From the IMG/VR virus record IMGVR_UViG_2860317346_000001, positions 1 through 64,000 of that record: a DNA stretch of 64,000 bases. One strand, given 5' to 3'. This DNA is from an uncultured virus (IMG/VR IMGVR_UViG_2860317346_000001). Lineage: Duplodnaviria > Heunggongvirae > Uroviricota > Caudoviricetes. The notes below the pieces were generated by a model. That model was not told the DNA's origin, ran no database searches, and was given only the letters and a program-made list of their open reading frames with translations. The translations under genes were made by a program, and so were the position numbers. Shown here piece by piece: positions 51,200-60,256 of the stretch; position 1 is the stretch's first letter, and each line of letters opens with the position of its first letter.

Positions 51200-52744
51200 T
51201 TAATACACAACTGTAGCTTCGATTCCGATATTTCCAGCTGATGTAATCGTAACCGGTATAGTTACGGGTCCGGTATTAACAAGTGAAATGGTTCGTGTGG
51301 TTAAACCTGTATCCGTAAACGTAGCGCCGTTTGTAAGTTTTACGTTTATAGTCATGTCAAGGTATTCACTTTTATAATTTTTAGCATAACACACGATATC
51401 GGTTTCAAGGGTTGAACCATCAAACACGTATTCATCATTCTCAAACCTACAAACAACCTGTTTCGGTAGGGTTATATGTTCAATATATAACGAACCGTCG
51501 TTTTTCATGTAAGCTAATTTATTATCATATGTTATACCAAACCCAGACCAATTAACACACACGGTTCTCTGGTAAACAAATTTATCAGTTACGGTATCAA
51601 TGGTGAATTGTCTAACGGATGAATCACCGCAGATGAAAAAGGTATCCCACGTATCGTTATACTTTAGCGTACCCATTAAACGCTCATATTGTTTGTATTC
51701 ATCACACAACCGAAGTGTCATTTTATTTATATCAACACCCAAGCCAGCTGACGTATAATCAGCATAAGTAGCTTCAAATAAGTATATGTGCGAATACCCA
51801 CTCTTATCCATACATTGAAGGTACACGTAGGTTTTACCATCTTTTTCGAAGATTGTTGGTTCGTAGTGAATGTAATTATCGTTGTAAGGGAAAGGTACAC
51901 CCGATGCGTAATCCGTGATATCTATACTAATAACTTCCAAATTGGAACTGCTATCAACAAAATTATCAGCATCTTTGATGGTAGCTTGGTAAAATGATAT
52001 CGTTGACGTTGAGTTTTTGTAAGGTATCAAAAATGTAAGAAACTTCATAGCATTTTTATCATACACCTGTAGGTTTGAGGGGTGACACATACCGTCGTAT
52101 TTATCCATCGTCCATTTTTCACCAGAGCAGATACTCATCGAAGCTGGGTTTTTGTACACGATGGCTAAACGACCATAGTATTTACTTTCTGTAAATATGG
52201 TATAATCACCATACGAGCCCACAACGTCGTGACACAGTGGTGCGTACTGCGATGAACTGTTCGATGCGGTCCATATAAGTGATAAATCACCTTGGTATGT
52301 TAACCCGTATAGATGTGACCGCAGATAATACGTGCCGGACCTATCGTTATGCATAAGGTACGTTATACCATGTAATTCGTCATAGTAGATCGGAATTAAG
52401 TTACTACCACTTTCTGAGTGGTGTACGGTTTTTTTACCAAGTGATGTGATTTCGTGTGCATCGTAATGGTCATTATAACCCGTGTATATCGTATTACCAT
52501 ATTTTTTATACGAAAACGGTAATTTGGGGCTAGCCGACGTAGGTCCGGTTAACCTAGCAATGTAATCACAAGCGTTATCACGTTTATTTAAAATCGTTTT
52601 CTTAGCACAGAATTGTACTGGTAATGTCGTAGACGGGTCAACAATCGTTGCGGATTTTAAACCGAGATTGGTGTCGAATACGTTATTACCAATGATGTGT
52701 TCGCCATTTTGCAGGTCGAAATAACTTACTTTACCAATTTTCAA
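51200..52744 (-). CDS. Putative beta-propeller + Ig-like tail protein, paralog of 48032..49765
   Basis: Shared N- and C-terminal motifs with 48032. Confidence 0.72.
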   Translation of the reverse strand: MKIGKVSYFDLQNGEHIIGNNVFDTNLGLKSATIVDPSTTLPVQFCAKKTILNKRDNACDYIARLTGPTSASPKLPFSYKKYGNTIYTGYNDHYDAHEITSLGKKTVHHSESGSNLIPIYYDELHGITYLMHNDRSGTYYLRSHLYGLTYQGDLSLIWTASNSSSQYAPLCHDVVGSYGDYTIFTESKYYGRLAIVYKNPASMSICSGEKWTMDKYDGMCHPSNLQVYDKNAMKFLTFLIPYKNSTSTISFYQATIKDADNFVDSSSNLEVISIDITDYASGVPFPYNDNYIHYEPTIFEKDGKTYVYLQCMDKSGYSHIYLFEATYADYTSAGLGVDINKMTLRLCDEYKQYERLMGTLKYNDTWDTFFICGDSSVRQFTIDTVTDKFVYQRTVCVNWSGFGITYDNKLAYMKNDGSLYIEHITLPKQVVCRFENDEYVFDGSTLETDIVCYAKNYKSEYLDMTINVKLTNGATFTDTGLTTRTISLVNTGPVTIPVTITSAGNIGIEATVVY

Positions 52745-52758
52745 TTAAATCACCACAA

Positions 52759-53094
52759 TTATTTTTCCAGTCCACCTAGAATGATGTTACATGTTCCGTT
52801 TAAACACTTACCAGCGAGAGCTTGTCCCGGTCCAAGTGTTACGGTACCGTTCGTAACATCCGTATCCGGTTCAGTGAACTCAAGATACATTAAAGTTGCA
52901 GCTTCTAAATCAACTGACCCTATCGTTTCACCGACATCCAAGATATAAAGCCAAACTTTATCACCGTTGTATTCGCCACCATTACGAGGTACACTCGTAA
53001 TAAAGACACCTGCGGTTAAAGTTGTACCCGTGGATGTGTGAATAACGTCCTGAACAGTTGGAATCATAGCTCGCATCAACGTTTTATATGTCAT
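52759..53094 (-). CDS. Small beta-sandwich virion protein; first gene of the minus-strand module
   Basis: ATG 53094 after AGGTG; LGPGQAL...NIILGGLE. Confidence 0.62.
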   Translation of the reverse strand: MTYKTLMRAMIPTVQDVIHTSTGTTLTAGVFITSVPRNGGEYNGDKVWLYILDVGETIGSVDLEAATLMYLEFTEPDTDVTNGTVTLGPGQALAGKCLNGTCNIILGGLEK

Positions 53095-53185
53095 AAATTG
53101 CACCTGTATATTTAGATTTATGGATACGTTTTTTATACGATTGGTATGTCAATATAAACGTTACCCAAATCTACGAGGTGTGTAT

Positions 53186-53443
53186 ATGATACCTTTCCTA
53201 AGTATCCCGAATACACCCGGAATGGTTATACGGTCTATTTCGGTAAATTATTCACAATTAGATTTACCACAGGATTCAGTGTACCTATTTTGGGATAAGG
53301 ATGCTAAAGAATTGAAAATCTGGGATGGTGTCTCGGTTAAAAATATTGTTGGTGAGGGTGTTATTGAGAACCCAGAAGACGAACTCGATTCATTCTTCAT
53401 GTTTGTATCGAAGTTACCGTTTACCGATGACGCTTTACCATAA
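53186..53443 (+). CDS. Small hypothetical protein
   Basis: ATG after GAGGTG; FWD....LKIWDG motif. Confidence 0.6.
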   Translation: MIPFLSIPNTPGMVIRSISVNYSQLDLPQDSVYLFWDKDAKELKIWDGVSVKNIVGEGVIENPEDELDSFFMFVSKLPFTDDALP

Positions 53444-53477
53444 AACTCTCTTTTTTCATTTTTCGAGGTTAATTAAT

Positions 53478-54425
53478 ATGATGGTTTCACGAACTGAAGC
53501 CGTAACACTCCTCGATGTAATTAAAGAAACGAATGAACATCATGTTTCTAACAACGATAACGAAGCCTGTAAGGTTCCGTATATTTCAGGACCACCCGGT
53601 ATAGGTAAATCCGCATTAGTGAGAAATTACGGTAAAACGTTGGATTTACCTTATAATCGTATATCATTGACATCATTGGAGTACTACGAGCTTAAAGGGT
53701 TATTATACCCGAATACGGATAAAACCGTTGACATTTTACCGCTAAATATTTTTCCACCGCAACGTTGTTTTTTATTCATAGATGAATTAAACGCGGCCGA
53801 CGTTACAATACAGAAAGTTTTATTGGATTTATTCCACGAACGACGCATTAATTCGTTCAGCTTAGACCCTAACACATTTATAGTATCGGCTGGAAACCGT
53901 CCCGATGATGTCCCGGAGATGTGTGATTTAATAAAACCGCTAGCTGATAGATGTCGTGAAATAAGGCTAACCAACACGTTAGAAGATGCGCTATTGTATC
54001 TAAAAACGATATCACACACTATGTACGTTGCTATGATAGCTAACAAAGATGTGTTACGTAGAATATTGAATAACGGCGACCCTGTAACGTTCAGAAATTT
54101 TACATACACGAGTTATATCGTGAACCAGTATGCCACGACACAAAATAACAGATATAAAGTTACATTAGACTGGTATCTCGGTAAAGAGCTAACCGACGTA
54201 ATTCTAACAGCAAGCTGTAAACGTGAGTGTATTTCCAGTATGTCAACTGTGGAAAAAATTTGTACACTCTACGAAATGGTTGTAAACAACAACGCGTATA
54301 GTGATGAAGAATTAAAAACGGCACGTGGGTATTTGAATGATTATGAGTTTTTAACGGTCGGATTATACTGTAAAGCCAACGGTACAATCGATAAACTACA
54401 CGAATTTAACGAAAAGGTGATTTGA
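53478..54425 (+). CDS. MoxR-like AAA+ ATPase (copy 3)
   Basis: GPPGIGKS, LFIDELNAAD, SAGN, LIKPLADR, VTFR; ATG 53478 after GAGGT. Confidence 0.9.
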   Translation: MMVSRTEAVTLLDVIKETNEHHVSNNDNEACKVPYISGPPGIGKSALVRNYGKTLDLPYNRISLTSLEYYELKGLLYPNTDKTVDILPLNIFPPQRCFLFIDELNAADVTIQKVLLDLFHERRINSFSLDPNTFIVSAGNRPDDVPEMCDLIKPLADRCREIRLTNTLEDALLYLKTISHTMYVAMIANKDVLRRILNNGDPVTFRNFTYTSYIVNQYATTQNNRYKVTLDWYLGKELTDVILTASCKRECISSMSTVEKICTLYEMVVNNNAYSDEELKTARGYLNDYEFLTVGLYCKANGTIDKLHEFNEKVI

Positions 54426-54426
54426 T

Positions 54427-55386
54427 GTGAGCTTACACGATTCGGTAATGTTTTTAGTAGACGCTATAACTAATCCGTACATTAAACTGGAAAAATTAAC
54501 AGCGGTTAAACTCGTGTCACTATTATTCGGTTCGAAAGTGATATCTGCTGACGGTAAAACATTCTGCGCTGGAACTACGTGTAAATACGAAATACACGTC
54601 GATGCGTCTTTAGATATGACAGTTGAACACCAGATACTACACGAGATTTTACACATCTTTTTTGGTCATACTGGATTTACCAGATGTAGATTACACGAAA
54701 AATGCCAGTGTGAAAATTTAGCAATGGATATAGTCGTTGAAAAATTCATAAAAGAGAAATTCAATTTCGTAACTGGAAATTTAGACGAATTACGTGAAAA
54801 ATTCAGTGATACATACTCCTTAACGTTTAACGAGACAAATGGTGGGTTATTCGACATCAACTGCAGTTACTGTGTAAATACAGACAACCATGACATTGAT
54901 ACCAACATGAACACTGTATATACATGTCCCTGTACACACGTAGATACGTACATACATGAAACACTTATCCATGTATTAACATGTGTCAGTGAAAAACGTA
55001 TACACGCAGCACCACACCGTAATTATCTACACAACAAGGATATGTACGTACCAACGTGTCGAAGTGTACCAACCACAGTTCATGTTATCATGGATACGTC
55101 GACATCAATACCACGGGAAATTGTACATAGGATAGTTGAAACCTGTACGCGGTTTAAACAAGCAAATATGACAATTAAACTCTACGGATTTTCCGATACA
55201 TTATACGAGTGGAATGGTGTACTAAGGTATAAAAATGATACGCAGTTTGAACAGGTATACGACAAGTTTAAGGGGACCAAAAACGTCGTCGTGATTTCGG
55301 ATTTCAGTTTTACACAATACCAACACGAGCTACTGGACCGCTCATCATTCCATACGATAGAAATTCCAAAGGTGACCGAATGTTAA
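54427..55386 (+). CDS. Compact metallopeptidase + vWA protein (copy 3)
   Basis: HEILH, NLAMD, MIDAS DTSTS, VISD; no low-complexity linker. Confidence 0.85.
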   Translation: MSLHDSVMFLVDAITNPYIKLEKLTAVKLVSLLFGSKVISADGKTFCAGTTCKYEIHVDASLDMTVEHQILHEILHIFFGHTGFTRCRLHEKCQCENLAMDIVVEKFIKEKFNFVTGNLDELREKFSDTYSLTFNETNGGLFDINCSYCVNTDNHDIDTNMNTVYTCPCTHVDTYIHETLIHVLTCVSEKRIHAAPHRNYLHNKDMYVPTCRSVPTTVHVIMDTSTSIPREIVHRIVETCTRFKQANMTIKLYGFSDTLYEWNGVLRYKNDTQFEQVYDKFKGTKNVVVISDFSFTQYQHELLDRSSFHTIEIPKVTEC

Positions 55387-55745
55387 TCATCCCAGAATTA
55401 ATATTTGCAATACTACTCGTATTTTCATTATCGAATGACGCCGTTAAACTTGTAACGGCTGTTATACTGTTATTGTTATATTTCAATCTTATACGAAAGT
55501 TTACAACTAAAGCAAAGAAATTTACTCTGGTTATATCGGTGTTTGTATCGATTTTATCCATAATAATGCTAATGCTTTCAATAACTACACTTAATGGTAG
55601 TATAATCGGCGATATATGTTTCGCATATACCCTCATACAGTATTATCCACTCGCTATAGCGGATATTAGTAGATTAACGAAGAATTTACCAACTTTAATC
55701 AAACTTTACAAAGGAGTCATACAATGGGTAACGACAAAGAAATAG
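55380..55745 (+). CDS. Membrane protein
   Basis: Three to four hydrophobic helices. Confidence 0.65.
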   Translation: MLIIPELIFAILLVFSLSNDAVKLVTAVILLLLYFNLIRKFTTKAKKFTLVISVFVSILSIIMLMLSITTLNGSIIGDICFAYTLIQYYPLAIADISRLTKNLPTLIKLYKGVIQWVTTKK

Positions 55746-56998
55746 CACTATTTCATGATAGAATAGCTAAAGATATGGGAATCGTTTCGTCAAGAAATGC
55801 CGTAAATATGATATTTACGTCACTTGGTGGACACTACATGAATCTATTACAGAAAACAAGCGATGCTGTTAATCCTGTACGTAAAAACGGGTCAATTGTT
55901 GATACGAGGAAACACCTTATGTTCATCAGGCCACCAGGGTTTGGTAAGACCATGATGTTAAAAGGTTTACTTTATGATGTGTTACCTGAAGAAACTAAAT
56001 ACACCTCTCACCCCGATACCGGTAACAGAATCGAAACATCGACGTTTCAGAACATTTTAACCGAAGCAGGGTTTACCGGTACAGTAAGAGGTAACGGAAA
56101 TATGGTTGAAAACGTAGAAGGTATCGCAGCAAGATGTAACCGTGGTTTTGTTGTCGTTGAGGAGTTTTCTGCTATTTTGGAATCATTTTCACAGACACAC
56201 TCATCGAATTTCGAACAAGCGTTATTAATGGCACTTGATAGTGGTAGAGTTACAAAATCATTAGCAAACGGTACAATATCATATGATACTAATTTAACAT
56301 TAGCTGCAGGTATTCAACCTACAAAAATGGTTGATGCGTCATCAGGTCTTATGAGAAGATTCTTAGTTGAATACTGTATTCCGTCAGCCGAAGCAAGTAA
56401 AAATATTGTAGCCGCTTCAAGAAACGCATGGTTGGAACAGGATAAAAATGACAACGCAATGGATTTGAAACGAGATTTACAAGCTTATATCAAAACCGAA
56501 GTGATGAACCAAACATACAACTCGATAACATACGAGCATGATAAACTTTTCAAATTATTTGATACTTTTGGTATGCCAGCTGGAATTGAATCTGATATTT
56601 ACATGCAAGCAGCGATAGCATACAATTACTTCGTTGGAAACATCGAAGATAACACCATCGTTGTTAAATTAAACAAAGACCTCGAAAACATGCTTACGGT
56701 AGATTTCGTATCACGTTACTTGTTGTCGTTTAACATGCACGCTATCGTATTGCTGGTGATTTTGAAAAATATGCGCAACGAGGGTATCGCATCGATAAAA
56801 CTCGTTGATATCCTCGAAGCTTCGAACGCATATCAGATGAACTCACAACAAATAACCTACGCTTTGAAAAGTTTAGAAGATATGTCAATCATAACAAAGA
56901 TGAAAATTAAACAGAGTGACGTGTATTCGATTACAAATGACGTATTTTTTGATAAAATCGTCAATAGGTTAGACGCGATCCAAAAGGCGATGGTGTAA
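55724..56998 (+). CDS. MCM-like AAA+ helicase lacking the N-terminal domain
   Basis: PPGFGKT; TEAGFTG (cf. S.AGLT); G.AA.CNRGFVVVEEF (cf. GALVLAD.G...IDEF); ALDSG.VT; GLMRRF. Confidence 0.75.
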   Translation: MGNDKEIALFHDRIAKDMGIVSSRNAVNMIFTSLGGHYMNLLQKTSDAVNPVRKNGSIVDTRKHLMFIRPPGFGKTMMLKGLLYDVLPEETKYTSHPDTGNRIETSTFQNILTEAGFTGTVRGNGNMVENVEGIAARCNRGFVVVEEFSAILESFSQTHSSNFEQALLMALDSGRVTKSLANGTISYDTNLTLAAGIQPTKMVDASSGLMRRFLVEYCIPSAEASKNIVAASRNAWLEQDKNDNAMDLKRDLQAYIKTEVMNQTYNSITYEHDKLFKLFDTFGMPAGIESDIYMQAAIAYNYFVGNIEDNTIVVKLNKDLENMLTVDFVSRYLLSFNMHAIVLLVILKNMRNEGIASIKLVDILEASNAYQMNSQQITYALKSLEDMSIITKMKIKQSDVYSITNDVFFDKIVNRLDAIQKAMV

Positions 56999-57285
56999 TG
57001 AAGTTTACGCCTAATTACAATCGTTACCAGTTATTACTAACAAAATATTTAACGTCAACCAGTTTCAATCTGAACCAAAAAAGTAAGGTTGATGCGTTGA
57101 TAAAATTATACTCGCCGCCTATCGAACCTATTATACGTAATGATATACTGTATTACAGGTCTTTTTCCGATTTTGGGATATGTTCGAATATAACCACAAC
57201 CGATAGACGAATAACGAGCTTATACGATGAAATGATTAACTCGTACAATTACCCGTCATTTGACATACAAAAAGAAGATGGGTAA
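56998..57285 (+). CDS. Hypothetical protein
   Basis: 95-aa ORF, TAATG-coupled. Confidence 0.6.
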   Translation: MKFTPNYNRYQLLLTKYLTSTSFNLNQKSKVDALIKLYSPPIEPIIRNDILYYRSFSDFGICSNITTTDRRITSLYDEMINSYNYPSFDIQKEDG

Positions 57286-57337
57286 TATTATAAGTTTTAC
57301 GTCACCGTTACCCCGGTAGACTAACATACAGTATAAT

Positions 57338-57958
57338 TTACTGCGATTTATACTGAGCAACGTCTATATACACAGCGTATATAGATTGTGCTTGTTTATC
57401 GAGGTTACTCTTCAAATTATAAATGGTTTTAACTTCAGCATCTATAATATCCTGCATAGCCGCAGGCTTATCGGCCGAACCGTTAGCAACGAATGTACTG
57501 ATACGATCGGATATGAGCTTTGGTAAGTCATATGACATCGTATATGCATCCAATGTCGCTTTAACGGTTAGTATATCCGTCGTGGCATCGAATGAATAAT
57601 CAGAAACATTTACGTCGTTACCTGTACTTACAATTGAAGCGTAAATTTTATACAGTATCGATAATTTTGCATTATCCAGAACATCATCCTGGATAAGATA
57701 CGATGTATCATTTAAGAGAATCGTGAATTTATCGTAAACGATAGTTACCGTATTTAATTCGGTATCTATGGTAACTGTTGGTGATTCAAATAATGAACCA
57801 TCACAGTCGTACAATACCTCATTACAGAGTATAAAATACTTAGAATTTGTAATTCTGGTATAAATACCCGCTTCTTCGCTATCGAGTTTGTTATCGGTAA
57901 CGTTTAGTTGTAGATAGGGGTTTGAAGATTGCATTGGCATACTCATTTGGTGTACCAC
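57338..57958 (-). CDS. Hypothetical protein
   Basis: 206-aa ORF, GAGGTGG RBS. Confidence 0.7.
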   Translation of the reverse strand: MVHQMSMPMQSSNPYLQLNVTDNKLDSEEAGIYTRITNSKYFILCNEVLYDCDGSLFESPTVTIDTELNTVTIVYDKFTILLNDTSYLIQDDVLDNAKLSILYKIYASIVSTGNDVNVSDYSFDATTDILTVKATLDAYTMSYDLPKLISDRISTFVANGSADKPAAMQDIIDAEVKTIYNLKSNLDKQAQSIYAVYIDVAQYKSQ

Positions 57959-58019
57959 CTCGGTGTTTACAGGAATCGTCCTGTGGAATTCTTATAAAAA
58001 TGTTATCGGGAGGGATAGC

Positions 58020-58775
58020 ATGTTATTTGGAAATGAGTGGCTACATAAGTCACACTTAAAGGTGTACAAAGATTGTCCACGTAAATTCCTTGAAACGTAC
58101 GACCAAGTCGTATACAAAGATAAACCATCGTATGCTTTGCCCCTAACACTGGGTACTGCGTTTCACGAATGGGCCGCTTATATTGTTGATAATAATGTAA
58201 CAGATTTTTCACAAATAGCCGATTACATTACAGTAAAACCATTAGATTCGATGGTGAGCTGGTTTGTTGAAGCCAACCAAACACTTGACGCGGTTTGGAA
58301 TAAATGCGAACATTACATGCAGACTGATGAATTCATACGAGGTACAATCGATCGTATCTACAAGAATGCTGCCGGTGAATTAACATTAGTCGAGTACAAA
58401 ACTGGAAACGTAACGTTTTCTGGTGCTAAAATTGATTTCGCATACTATACAAAATTGTTAGAAGACAACGGCCACACGGTACATAAATGGGAGTTAATTA
58501 ACCCAAATAAACAAAAAGTGTACACTAAAACTGTACAACGACTTGAACCTAGCAACGACCCTCTCACCAAAGAAGAAAAGATGAAAGGCGACGAAATGAA
58601 AAAGGTTCGTGAAATGATTTACGAAATCAGAAACAAACCATTAGACCAGTTTGACCATGCTAAATATGTACAATACTGGTGTTATGATTGTCCAACAAAA
58701 GAAACGTGCGGTAAATACTGTAGTTATTATTCACGTGGACGACAGGTAATAGATGAAATAAAAGCCGAAATGTAA
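58020..58775 (+). CDS. Cas4/RecB-like PD-(D/E)xK exonuclease with Fe-S cysteines
   Basis: S.L..Y..CPRKF, GTAFH, RGTIDRI, VEYKTG, CYDCPTKETC. Confidence 0.85.
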   Translation: MLFGNEWLHKSHLKVYKDCPRKFLETYDQVVYKDKPSYALPLTLGTAFHEWAAYIVDNNVTDFSQIADYITVKPLDSMVSWFVEANQTLDAVWNKCEHYMQTDEFIRGTIDRIYKNAAGELTLVEYKTGNVTFSGAKIDFAYYTKLLEDNGHTVHKWELINPNKQKVYTKTVQRLEPSNDPLTKEEKMKGDEMKKVREMIYEIRNKPLDQFDHAKYVQYWCYDCPTKETCGKYCSYYSRGRQVIDEIKAEM

Positions 58776-58784
58776 GGTGTTCAT

Positions 58785-59858
58785 GTGATTACAGATAAAG
58801 AAATAGAAAAGTTAGTAACAATCGAACCATTCAATAAACAAAACCTCGGACCGTCATCGTACGACCTGAGAATATCCGGTGCCCTCGTTAAGTATGTCAT
58901 CGATGTAAAACAGGGTGAAGCCTTATTGAAAGACGAAATACCAAAAGTGGAACATATAGCTTTCGAACGCGTTATGTTCTTACCACCGTGGTTTACAGAA
59001 GATGAGGTTGCCTTATACAAAGCTATACACCACGACAAAACTGTGGTACAAACTCCCGTACTTGGTGCATCTGAAGAAATTGTAACTCTACCGAAAAATA
59101 TCTGTGCATCATATACAGGTCGCAGCTCATGGGGTAGAAAATTTTTAGAATCACACATGACAGCAGGTTACGTTGATAACGGGTTTAGTGGAACTATAAC
59201 ATTTGAGATTATAGCACATATTCCTGTTGAAGTAGCCGCTGGTGACAGAATCGGACAACTTATTTTCCAGAAGACTAAAGTTCCGACCAAACATTATGGT
59301 GAAAAAGCTGACGCGAAATACCAAAATCAGATTTTACCAACACCATCACGTGCACACGAAGACCACGATTGTGGTACAACTGAATACATTTACGTCGACG
59401 GCTCAGTTGCAAAAAACCCCGGTGATTTCGGTATAGCTGGGATGTTATTTAGGGGCGTCGCGAACTGTTTTACTTACAGTGGTGAGGGCATAACAAATAA
59501 CATGATGGAAGTTTTAGCAATCAGACATGCGCTATTAAAAATAGAAGAACAGTTAATCGTAAACCCCAAAAAGCAATTCGTGATTATTTCAGACAGTTTA
59601 CTCGCAATAAACGGCACAACCGGAACGTATAATATCCGAGCAGAAAATCTGATACCATTGGTTGAAAAGAACGCTGAACTTTACGATAAGTTACAAGAAA
59701 ACGTTACAATTAAACACGTCAAAGGTCATTCTAAGGATGACATCATCGGTGACACCATCACAGCGTTATCCAAACAATATACGCAGACTGGAAGGTTGGT
59801 CCCTAATGAAAAATCAACCGTAATCATTGAATCGTCATTAACCGAGGTATACGCATGA
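58785..59858 (+). CDS. dcd: dCTP deaminase - RNase HI fusion
   Basis: PSSYDLR, GRSSWGR, AGYVDNGFSGTITFE, RIGQLIF, KYQNQ; then YVDGS..NPG, TNNMME, SDS, HVKGH. Confidence 0.9.
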   Translation: MITDKEIEKLVTIEPFNKQNLGPSSYDLRISGALVKYVIDVKQGEALLKDEIPKVEHIAFERVMFLPPWFTEDEVALYKAIHHDKTVVQTPVLGASEEIVTLPKNICASYTGRSSWGRKFLESHMTAGYVDNGFSGTITFEIIAHIPVEVAAGDRIGQLIFQKTKVPTKHYGEKADAKYQNQILPTPSRAHEDHDCGTTEYIYVDGSVAKNPGDFGIAGMLFRGVANCFTYSGEGITNNMMEVLAIRHALLKIEEQLIVNPKKQFVIISDSLLAINGTTGTYNIRAENLIPLVEKNAELYDKLQENVTIKHVKGHSKDDIIGDTITALSKQYTQTGRLVPNEKSTVIIESSLTEVYA

Positions 59859-60256
59859 TTAACAACGAAATATACATACTAGACGCGACAACCGATAGAA
59901 CCGGTATAACGGTCATTGAAGATAATTTGACATATAACGCACTGTTAAAGTATTTTATAAACAGTGAACAGTTTTTAACTGAGTTATTGACGGTTACATG
60001 TGTAAACTCCGATTTCGTAATAACTGATACCGAAAACCCGGATTTAATTGACGTTACATCGGACGTTAATGAATTATTGTTGCGAATGAATTTAGTAGAA
60101 ACGGATTGGTACGTTTACTCCAATTCTATGACTTTTAGAGAAGGTGATGTTGTTAGTGTACTAAAAGCTTTAGTACATTGTACTTACCTGTACTATATCT
60201 ACGGTTACATGACGACACTAGATGAAAATAAAACCTATATGATATGTAAGATGTGA
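59855..60256 (+). CDS. Hypothetical protein (N-terminus resembles family Y)
   Basis: INNEIYILD....G...IEDNL. Confidence 0.6.
   Translation: MINNEIYILDATTDRTGITVIEDNLTYNALLKYFINSEQFLTELLTVTCVNSDFVITDTENPDLIDVTSDVNELLLRMNLVETDWYVYSNSMTFREGDVVSVLKALVHCTYLYYIYGYMTTLDENKTYMICKM

Noticed and set aside
58020..58775. CRISPR-Cas system based on the Cas4-like gene
   Set aside because: No cas1/cas2 or array; solo Cas4-like nucleases are common in viral replication modules
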